The position numbers and the translations under genes were made by a program. Positions 35,520 to 44,819 of a DNA stretch of 44,819 nt are shown here, one piece after another. Source of the stretch: Chiloscyllium plagiosum (taxonomy: Eukaryota); contig NC_057759.1 in assembly GCF_004010195.1 (NCBI RefSeq), forward strand, positions 3,188,834-3,233,652, read 5' to 3'. Numbering within the stretch: position 1 is the first letter of the stretch; every line of letters starts with the position of its first letter. The notes under the pieces are model-generated. The model was not told the DNA's origin. It searched no databases and worked only from the letters and a program-made list of their open reading frames with translations.

Positions 35520-38335
35520 AAAATGTTGATATCACTTTCCGTGTGATCAGGACGTAAATCTGCAATTTTGCAAGTCCTGACCAGTACCATCTGCCTTACA
35601 GGCAAGAGTAGAGGCGCCGCTCTGGAGGCTCGAAAATTAAGGAATCATCAAACCAGTGCAATGTGTGGAATGGGCAGCACCAGGTGTAAAGGTTGTGAAA
35701 CCTGCCCGCGTTTCTGGAGATTATAAGTAAGTGCAGCATGGGAGCAGCAGGGCATCCCAACGTAGTTCATCTCTCCGACTGAGCTTTGCTGACACCATTT
35801 GAGAGTCGACAGTCGCAGAGCGTCATGCAGGACATATCCTGAATAGAGTGACATTAGTTCAGAGCTCAGGTAAACCCCACAACAAAGCTAATTGTCGGTT
35901 GAGGGGTAAAAATGTCTTCGGAATCTCGGCTGTCAAGCCATCTTTGGACTCCAGACAACAAAGGAGTCCTGCAAGGCCTGACTTGATTGCGAGAACCCAT
36001 ACAAGATTAGCCAGGAGAGTGCACAGCCTAGAAATGCACCTACATGTGTGGCAGAACAGGTAAATTGCGTAGCAACATTCAAGTCAGATTCAATTAAAAT
36101 AAATGGCAGGTTAAATGTCACCCAGTTCTCACAGATGTCAATATAGCGGCAATTGTGTCAATGGCTAAGAGTGAGAGCGTACATGAAGTAGCCATTGCAA
36201 CTTAATGGTATGATTTCTGTTCCAGTCTCCTTCGAGAAGCAGTTGCTGCAGTTCCCACTTGCTGTTGCAAAAGCCTCGCCCCCAAGCCCATTGGGAACGA
36301 ATTGGTTGAGGAAGATTCATCGTGACTGACCCAACATTTTTGGAACAGAAAATCGTTGCCAATTTGAAGTCCAAATTAAATACCTAGAAATGTTTCTGGA
36401 GGGGCTAGGGAACTATCAAACGCGTTGATATCACTTTACATGTGACCAGGGCGCAAGTCTGCAAATTTGCAAGGCCTGACCAGTACCATCTGCCTTACAG
36501 CAAGAGTAGAGGTGTAGCTCAGGAGGGTTGAAAGCAAAGTAATAATCAAACCAGTGCAATTTGTGGAATGGGCAACACCAGGTGTAAAGCTTGTGAAACC
36601 TGTCCACCTTTCTGGGGGTTATAAGCAAATTATAAACAACTTCTCGCAGGTGAAAGCATGCTCAATTCTTCGCATCGAGGACTCGAAAGATAAACTGGTG
36701 AGGTGGGGTGGAGAGATGTTGACGGGCGTGGGTGAATGCTTCCATCATGAAGCTGGACGTAAGTCAAGCCAACCTGCAATTTTGAGTAGATGTGGAGTCC
36801 TAGAAATATGCTACAATTAATGCATGTAATGGGTCACACCAATAGGTACGACTGCCATTTTGGGGTACAATCAACCTGCAGCCTTTTCCAGCAGAAAATG
36901 GAGAACATTTGACATGGGCTACCTCGGGTTGGCATTTATCTGAATGACGTGTCACTAACAGGGAAGACCAGCAAAATCTCTTGGAGACCGTGGCCATAGT
37001 GCTTGAACATTTCTTCAGGGCTGGTGCTCGCCTTTGAAGGGAAGGACGAGTGAATCCGGCGCCCTAAGTAGCCTACAGGAGCCAGAGAGTCGACAAAGCC
37101 GGGATAAACCAGTTGGTGATCAAAGATGTCCTGGCTCACATGTCTGTGCCGGAGCTTATGTTTTCTTTGAATTGGTGAATTATTACAGGACATTCATAAG
37201 TAATCTGGCCCACACCTTTGAGCTCTTGCATCTGCTATTGTAAGGGTTCAGTCTTGGAAGTGGTCATATTGCCAGGAAGTAGCCTATAGAGAAGTGGGGA
37301 AGAAAAACAGCTATTGTCATCTACCGTGTTGACTCACTATGATCCCAAGTGAGGGGTGGTGCTGACATGCAATACCTCCTTATATGGATATCGGACTCGT
37401 GTTGGTTCATTGGTGTCCCAATGGAGAGGAACGTCCAACAGTGTATGCTACCTGGGCTTTGGCTGATGCTAAATGCAAATGCCGAGATACAGCAGGTTTG
37501 GCTGTCATCTTTGGTGTAATTAATTTCCAACAATATCTTTACGGACTAAACTTGGCACAGCAACGGTAAGGAGGATAAGGAGGGTGTGCTAGGTAAGGAA
37601 GGCCATAGCTTCTGGTCGAATTCAGCTGTGAATCTGTATTCTCAGTGCCTTGAATAACAAGTTGCAAAACCCTCCAGGAGGCCAAGTGGCTGCTGCAGAA
37701 GCCTTGAGCTGCCTCACACTGTCACATACTGCAATAGTGCCAGTTCCCCGGAAGAGGCCATTCCATTTTTAAACTTTCGGTCCATCCGTCCACTCACCAT
37801 TGACAATATCCAACTGTGCATACACACAAATAAATCGTCCTGCCAAAATTAAAACAGCTGAAGTTAATGGGAGAAACAATCAGGCCATCACAACTAGAAC
37901 TGAAACCTTCCTGGACCCAGTGATATCACATAAGCCTGCAGGACCGCATATTATTATGGGGAGCAAGAGTTATTCTCCTGAGAAAACATCCTCGGCAGAT
38001 ACTGGCTGAACTCCAGCAGCATCATCCAGGGCTTTCCAAGGTGAAGTTGTTGGCAAGACGTTCCGTCTGGTGGTCAGTATTAGATATCGACATTGCTGGA
38101 TTGATGGATCAGTGACCACAGAGAAAACAAAGATAAAACTTACCGCCAGCAGTACCTCCATCACCGTGGGAGTGGCCAAGAAAACCCTTGGACTCGCCTA
38201 CACATCAAATATGCCAGCATTTTTAGAAATGAATTTTCCTGGTTGCTGTGGATGCCCTTTCAGAATAGTTGGACATGAATAGCGTTTGTCCGGCAAATGT
38301 ACGGATATCGATTGAAAAACTGCGAGCATCGATTT
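35520..38335 (+). mobile_element. Ty3/Gypsy LTR-retrotransposon internal remnant (protease, RT, RNase H, integrase)
   Basis: RT N-terminus PVPSALQ.RVE..IIKPVQFVEWATP. RNase H LTHYDPK..VLTCNTS..GLVLVHWCPNGEERPTVYAT..GLAVIFGV..FQQYLYG. Integrase zinc-binding region QHHPGLSKVKLLARRSVWW..PSPWEWPRKP. Many frameshifts. Confidence 0.85.
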
Positions 38336-38399
38336 TAATGGGGGGTGAGAACAATGAACTTTGCACTGAACTGTTTCGTCCTCCAGCCCGTTAACCCTG

Positions 38400-39110
38400 C
38401 CTATCTCTGTTATGAAAATCATCTGGGAGAATGCTACCGCTCTCTGTAACATGTGCTGCAGGGTTTAAAATTCTGCCGATCTTCGTGTGCTCCTCCAGTA
38501 CCTACAACTGCTCCTGTCTCTGCAACCTCGTCCCACACACTGAAACCTCTTCCGACACGACATTCCCTGCCTCAGTTACATTTTGTGGCTTCTACGAACC
38601 ATCCTGTCTGTGGTATCCTCTTTACTTCATCAGCCCTCGCTATCTCTGCAACTTCCACCAGCCTCCATAATCATCTTTACCTTTATAAACTACTCCAATC
38701 CCTCCAGTACCCTTTCTCTATACACCCCTCCAATCCCTATGTCGCTCCCCAACTATTGAGCGTGTTTCAATTCCGACAAACTGTGCCAGTCTGCAGCTCT
38801 ATGACCCACTCCCGCCCCAGATCATACACGTCTCCCTATCATATACTAATGTGCGAACCTCTCCAGCAACTACAACATTGCATTTCTCAGTTTACTCCTC
38901 TACTCCCGACAGCCATCCCATTCTTTGTAAACGTGCACCTCAAACCCTTTCCCTTTGTGTAATTTACTCCTTCCCTTTTTAAACTGCCCCAAACCTTCCA
39001 AACTACTCCATCTCTATACACTACTGCAGCTCCTACAGTCCCAAACTACCCTTAAACTGCAGAGAACCTATCAACCTTCCTAACTGTGTAATCACTTTAG
39101 GCCCCTGCAA
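38400..39110 (+). repeat. Degenerate C/T-rich tandem repeat (CTATCTCTGYAACCTCCTCCAG-like units), possibly L2-derived
   Basis: Recurring variants such as CCTATCTCTG, CTGTCTCTGCAACCTCG, CTATCTCTGCAACTTCCACCAG and CCTCTCCAGCAACTACAAC at roughly 35-bp spacing. Confidence 0.55.
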
Positions 39111-39197
39111 CATTCTCGATCTTCAATGTTTGTGAGAAGATTTGTAGCTCGGTTGCTCGTTGTTGTGGTTCTGTTCGCCGAGCTGGGAATTTGTGTT

Positions 39198-39237
39198 GCA
39201 GACGTTTCGTCCCCTGTCTAGGTGACATCCTCAGTGC
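39198..39237 (-). ncRNA. Minimal type I hammerhead ribozyme motif
   Basis: The reverse complement is identical to 32512-32551. Predicted cleavage C is at 39201. Confidence 0.8.
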
Positions 39238-39592
39238 TTGGGAACCTTCTGTGAAGCGCTTCTGTGATGTTTCGTCCGGCATTTATAGTGGTTTGAAACT
39301 GCCGCTTCCGGTTGTCAGTTCCAGCTGTCTGCTGCAGTGGCCGATATATTGGGTCCAGGTCGATGTGTTTGTTGATATAATCTGTGGATGAGTGCCGTGC
39401 CTCAGAGAACAGCCAGGGAATTCCTCGAGGCATGGCACTCATCCACAGATTATATCAACAAACACATCGACCTGGACCCAATATACCGGTCACTACAGCG
39501 GGCAGCTGGAATTGACAACCGGAAGCGGCAGTTTCAAACCGCTATAAATGTCGGAGGAAACATCACAGAAGCGCTTAACAGGAGGCTCCCAA

Positions 39593-39632
39593 GCACTGAG
39601 GATGTCACCTAGACAGGGGACGAAACGTCTGC
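39593..39632 (+). ncRNA. Minimal type I hammerhead ribozyme motif
   Basis: Identical to 32512-32551. Predicted cut after C39629. Confidence 0.8.
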
Positions 39633-39699
39633 AACACAAATTCCCAGCTCGGCGAACAGAACCACAACATTCTCGATCTGTGGAACGTTTTACAATATC

Positions 39700-41600
39700 T
39701 GCGACTCTCCCATTCCAGTTCCCCCAAGACTCACCATCTACGTAACAGCGTCCCGTCGCTATCACTGACCCTGTCAATGTAAGCTCCTCCATCTATCTTG
39801 CCAGCATACCCTGGATCGCTTGGTAATTTACCTTCTCAGTTTCCCACGTGAAAACTTGTCAAAAGACCTTACTTAAATCTACGTAAAGTGCAAACAATGA
39901 CCTACCCAAAAGCAAACATTCCATCACCTTCTGGAAAATTTGTGCTAGACTTGTTAGACAGGACCATCCCCTAGTATAGACAAATGACTAAACCTTACTC
40001 TTCTATAAACTTCGCTGTTCTTCTCACTCCCTCTTTCCTTGTCATCCAGTCCTGAATATTCCAAGGCATCAATAGGTATCTGGGCTTGTTGTTTCGAAAT
40101 TATATCCCAAAGGGAACATGTTGGGCCTATAATTCTAACCGTACATTTTTGAGTAGCTCCACTCTTTCTCTCTAGATTTAACCTCAAGTAGCTATTTCTG
40201 ATCTTATTTTTTTGGCCAGAACTTGCCTTTCTTTTTCAATTTAGCTTACTCCAATACAAAACTCTTTCTTGCAGACCAATTTTACCCTTTTCCATGTCAT
40301 AGTATTGTGATCACTACCAATAACGTTCTCCCTTACTGTCATGTCCAAAGTCTGTACAGCTCCATTCCCAAGATTTACATCCAAACTGTATTGTTCCTTG
40401 TAGGAAAACCTGCATGAAAGATTCTCAGTTATGTAAGGCTGCCCCTCTAAACCCTTTCTACTGCTAAGACCGTAATTAATGTTGGGGGAAAAAGAAAAAA
40501 AAATCCCATATAATTACCGAATTTGCAATTGAAAACATATTATAAATTGACTGCATTTATGATCCTCAACTGCCACTGGCTGTTAAGGGCCTACAATATA
40601 CTCCTACCCGTGTGACTGCCGCTTTTGATGGTAATTCCATAAATTCCCCTCCTTACTGCAGTACCTGTTACCATAACTAATAATGCGATGCAACCTCTGT
40701 GTTTGTACTCTTCTCTGTTTTGGCTGGTGACCCTGTATGCTGGTGTATAAAGCTGCTGGGGCGTCATTTCCTCAAGCAGGTCTCTGTGATGGCAGAAACT
40801 ATTGAAGTTCCCTGTGTCAGTCTATGCTCTTAACCAATCTGCTTTAGCTCTAATATTTCTGACATCCAACCACGCCTTGCACGATTGAGACATGACAATC
40901 GTAAACCTGCTTTGCCTTGGTTCATTTACCATATTATGTTGCGCTTTTATTGAGCTAATTTTGTTTGAACTCTGTTGAAACACGTGAAACTCCTCGCAAC
41001 AGCACATGTCCTACCTGTTAATTGATCACATTCGGATTCGGGATTTCTGGTGTGCGTGGAGAGACCCCACCTTCGCCAGAAATGATGCATGTGGTCCAGA
41101 AGCAAAATCTTCCCAATTCTTCGGCCAATCGTCCATCTGCTGTATTCACCTGTTTCTGTGCTCATTAGCCCATGGCATTGTGCATAAGCTTGAGATTATA
41201 ACCTTCAAAGTCTTACTTATTGATATTGTAGATACCCGTACTGGTTATGCAAGGCCTTATCCCTATTACTAGCTATGTCACTAATCCGAATGTCTGCCTT
41301 ATTATCGTTTCTCTTCAAGATGCAATGCAACCGGCCAGTAGCATCAGGGAGACAACATACCACCTTGGAAAATTGCCTGCGGCTACAGAAGCGCCGATCT
41401 TAACTGATGAATCGCGTATCACCATTGATCCATCCTTCTTGTTTCCTTCTTTCAGTAAGACCAGCCCGTTTTGGATGCAAGAAGGATAATCCTCACTGCA
41501 TTTTCTAGACGTGCCAACCCACTCCTAAATTCCAGAACAGAAAACCGACTTGTGAGTGGGGCCACAGGAGTCTTCTGTACTGTATACTGTTTCTCTTTCA
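39700..41600 (-). mobile_element. Very old CR1 remnant (ORF1 through RT pieces)
   Basis: Reverse-strand YVDLSKVF*Q near 39855-39885, an endonuclease-like ITETCLR near 40770-40790, and ORF1-like FPRWYVVSLML near 41340-41375. Confidence 0.5.
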
Positions 41601-41624
41601 CTGCCGGGTGATCAGCCTTTCTTA

Positions 41625-42945
41625 TTTATTCATTTTGTATGACGTGGGGGTCACTGGCAAGCAAGTATTTATTGCCCATTCCTCGTTACCCATGAGAAGG
41701 TGAGTGTGAGCTACCTTCTTAAACCGCTGCAGTTCCCCTGCAGAAGATTATCCCACAATGCCATTAGAGGGAAGGAATTCGATGATTTTGTCCCAGTGAC
41801 AGTAAAGGAATGGCGATGTATTTGCGACTCAGAATGGTGAGTGACTTGAAGGGAAATTTGAAGGTGGTTGTATTCTCAAATATCTGCTGCTGTTTTCCTT
41901 TTAGATGGAAGTGGTCCTGGGTTTGGAAGGTGCTGTCTAAGGATATGAGGTGAATTTCTGCAGTGCATCTTGTAGATAGTATACACTGTTTCTACTGAGC
42001 GCTAGAAATGGAGGGACTGGCTGCTTACGGATGCAGTGTCAATCAAGGAGACTGCTTTGTCCTGGCTGGTTTCAAACTTCTGGAATATTGTTGGGTCTGC
42101 ACTCATCCAGGCAAGTAGGAAGTATGACATCATACTCCTGACGTGTACCTTGTAGATGGTGTAAAGTTTTTGAGGAGTCTGGAGGTGAGTTAGGCCGCAG
42201 AATTCATGGCCTCTGATCTGGTCTTGTAATCACTGCGTTTATGTGGTGAGTCCAGTTGAGTTTCTGATCAGTGATAATTCCCAGAATGCTCCGAATGGGG
42301 GATTCATTGATGGTAACTTCATTGAATGTCAAGAGGCTATATTTGGCACGAATGCTACTTGCCAGTTGTCAATCCAAGTCTTGATATTGCCTCGATCTTG
42401 GTACATTTGGACACGGACTGCTTCAATTCCCTGAGGAGTCTCGAATGGTGTGGAACAGTGTGCAATCATCAGTGAGCATCCTCCTTCTGACCTTATGATG
42501 GATGGAAGGTCACTGATGGCGCAGCTGATGGTTAGGCTGAGGACCCTAACCTGAGGAACTCCTGCAGAGATGTCCTGGAGCTCAGTTGACTGACCTCTAA
42601 CAAACAGGTATGACTCTAAACAGGTATACCTGATGTGGCAGGTATGACTCTAAACACTGGAGACTTTGCCTCATGATAACCATTGTTTCCAGTTTAGCTA
42701 AGCTGCATTGAAGGGCCATTGGTGGAATGCAGCCTGGATGCCAAGAGGCGTCACTCTCATCTCACCTGTGGTCGTCAGCTCTTTAGTTTGGACCAGGGCT
42801 GTAATAATGGTAGAAGCTGAGTGGCCCTGGCTGAACCCAATTTGGGCGTCACTGAGCAGGTGCTACTTGATAGCGCTGTTGATAACAACTTCCATCATTT
42901 TACCAATGATCGAGAGTAGACTGATGGGGCATTAATTGTTTCAAG
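41625..42945 (-). mobile_element. LINE 3' 1.3 kb, CR1-like family B
   Basis: Reverse complement aligns with 18475-19460 and 19490-20815 (GTGAGTCCAGTTGAGTTTCTGATCA, CAATCATCAGTGAGCATC, GAACCCAATTTGGGCGTCACTGAGCAGG). Confidence 0.88.
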
Positions 42946-43543
42946 ACCTGTGAGCAACTTTTTTTTTCTTTTTTTTGACAAGGGCACTTGCGATTACGAG
43001 ATGAAAAGAACAGATAAGACGAACAATTCGGAGTATCACCCATTTCTGTAATTATGGAGAAATACATATTTGGAGTAATATAAGAGGATGCAGAAATTAA
43101 GATCTTAATTACCAACATAATACTGCGTCTTGTCAGTTCACTGCCTTGTTCTGCATCACATGCAATGGAGACTGTGAAGCCAGAGTCAGGTCTTTAAAAT
43201 TCACTGGGTGAAACTGAACACAGAATTGAAAAGCTTAAATCTGGGCATTTCAGGCCAGAAAGCCGTCATTGAAGTATTCTACTTTCAAATATATTTCTCA
43301 TCAACCTGTTCAGTTATAACACTACACTTTAGAAACAGGTAGGACCTGAACCCAGGTTGTCCTAGTACTGCGATTAGGACACTACCAGTGCACTGCAAGA
43401 ACATTCAGAAATTGATTTTTAGACTCTGTCTTTGCATGCATGGTAACTGATTTAACTTAAAAATGACACTGCCAGTTCTTAATTATTCAACTTGCAAAGT
43501 CCATGCCAGCCATTTTGTTTTTAAATAGGCCATTTCCTTTTCT

Positions 43544-43996
43544 CATTTCCTCTGGTTGGAATGCCATGCTTCCAGTAATACTTGTGCATATCTCTGTTTG
43601 GCTTGACCTAGGATGGATTTGTTGTCCCAGTCGAAGTGGTGTCCTTCCTCATCCATATGTAAGGATACTAGTGAGAGTGGGTCATGTCGTTTTGTGGCTA
43701 GTTGATGTTCATTTATCCTATCAACAAACACATTGACTTGGATCCCATTTACCACACCCTGCGAAAAAGAATAGGAAATAACATCACCATAGGAAATGAC
43801 GTCGCCGCATGAAATAACATCACCAACCCTAGGAAACTCAAACATATACATGTAAATACAAAGTGGGCTACGCCACCAGTGCTTCGTTCGGCGACTCACT
43901 GAGTATGATGACAAAATGTCTGAGAGCGAAACTTCCAGCTCAGCGAGCAAACCTACATCCAAAACCTCAACCTGAGGTATAAATCTTCTCAAAACT
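43544..43996. mobile_element. Poseidon-type Penelope 3' end with a 5' inversion and decayed hammerhead
   Basis: Minus strand 43544-43715 encodes INEHQLATKRHDPLSLVS..HHFDWDN..LLEAWHSN. The continuation (INKHIDLDPIYH) and the pLTR run on the plus strand at 43716-43996. Hammerhead remnant CTCA-CTGA..GAC-AAAA-T-GTC-TGAG at 43895-43924. Confidence 0.88.
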
Positions 43997-44151
43997 AGTT
44001 AAATTTTAATTTCATAACAATATTGATTGAAACGTTTTTTCAGTGGACTTTTGCTAATTTTTGTTGTACATAAGGTGTTTTTAAAAGCATTTGAAGGAGT
44101 CGACAGGGCACTGAGATTTTCTGACATTACCTGTTTCACAACAGAATGGTC

Positions 44152-44430
44152 TAGAACATAGAACATAGAACATAGAAGAATACAGCGCAGTACAGGCCCT
44201 TCGGCCCTCGATGTTGCGCCGATCCAAGCCCACCTAACCTACACTAGCCCACTATCCTCCATATGCCTATCCAATGCCCGCTTAAATGCCCATAATGAGG
44301 GAGAGTCCACCACTGCTATTGGCAGGGCATTCCATGAACTCACGACTCACTGAGTAAAGAACTTACCCCTAACATCTGTCCTATACCTAACCCCCCCCCC
44401 CCCCCTTAATTTAAAGCTATGCCCCCTTGT
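44152..44430 (-). mobile_element. CR1 LINE 3' end, apparently young
   Basis: Perfect (TAGAACA)n tail, CAGGCCCTTCGGCCC stem-loop, and reverse-strand RGHSFKL and WNALP motifs. Confidence 0.9.
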
Positions 44431-44433
44431 TAA

Positions 44434-44819
44434 TCTCTGCACAGTATCTCTCAAAGAAAGCTGCTCTCTGCACAGTATCTCTCTCAGAAAGCTGCTCTCT
44501 GCACAGTATCTCTCTCAGAAAGCTGCTCTCTGCACAGTATCTCTCTCAGAAAGCTGCTCTCTGCACAGTATCTCTCTCAGAAAGCTGCTCTCTGCACAGT
44601 ATCTCTCTCAGAAAGCTGCTCTCTGCACAGTATCTCTCTCAGAAAGCTGCTCTCTGCACAGTATCTCTCTCAGAAAGCTGCTCTCTGCACAGTATCTCTC
44701 TCAGAAAGCTGCTCTCTGCACAGTATCTCTCTCAGAAAGCTGCTCTCTGCACAGTATCTCTCTCAGAAAGCTGCTCTCTGCACAGTATCTCTCTCAGAAA
44801 GCTGCTCTCTGTACAGTAT
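44434..44819. repeat. 31-bp minisatellite (TCTCTGCACAGTATCTCTCTCAGAAAGCTGC)n, about 12.5 copies, runs off right edge
   Basis: GCACAG recurs at 44439, 44470, 44501 and so on. Units are identical except the first (CTCAAAG) and last (GTACAG). Confidence 0.97.

Larger units (their letters stand above)
39123..39669. mobile_element. Fold-back Poseidon-type Penelope insertion (243-bp inverted arms) with two hammerheads
   Basis: Arms at 39161-39403 and 39427-39669, 23-bp spacer, about 13 mismatches by eye. Complete pLTR terminus at 39123-39160. 15-bp direct repeat CAACATTCTCGATCT at 39108-39122 and 39665-39679. Confidence 0.93.

Noticed and set aside
38453..38962. 169-aa ORF, the longest in the window
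   Set aside because: It lies wholly in a C/T-rich degenerate repeat that is depleted of stop codons. No domain or splice context is evident.
32549..39629. A 7-kb RNA excised and circularised between the two plus-strand hammerheads
   Set aside because: The two motifs belong to independent insertions separated by unrelated TEs. Nothing in the sequence supports a shared transcript, and the second motif would be paired with its antisense arm.
44434..44819. CRISPR array
   Set aside because: Units are head-to-tail with no unique spacers, there are no cas genes, and the context is vertebrate.

Overview
Eukaryotic, repeat-dense vertebrate DNA, almost certainly from a cartilaginous fish. The evidence is HE1-type V-SINEs, shark-type CR1 LINEs and a member of the expanded chondrichthyan GPR139-like family; carpet/bamboo shark is my inference. 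I see no intact protein-coding gene. Host-derived sequence consists of a two-exon GPR139/142-like GPCR pseudogene (minus strand, 11585-17600) and a decayed C2H2 zinc-finger pseudogene (about 7995-8945). The rest is layered retroelement debris: CR1 LINEs, Penelope-like elements (PLEs, Neptune- and Poseidon-type), SINEs, a Gypsy remnant, solo LTRs and a 31-bp minisatellite at the right edge. The most interesting signal is in the PLE terminal repeats. They carry minimal hammerhead ribozyme motifs: three identical intact 40-nt copies at 32512, 39198 and 39593, plus at least seven decayed or truncated ones. At least four short non-coding PLE-derived insertions share one fold-back architecture with 14-17-bp target-site duplications, which suggests a non-autonomous, ribozyme-bearing hairpin retroelement class. 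All alignments were done by eye, and boundaries of old elements are approximate.
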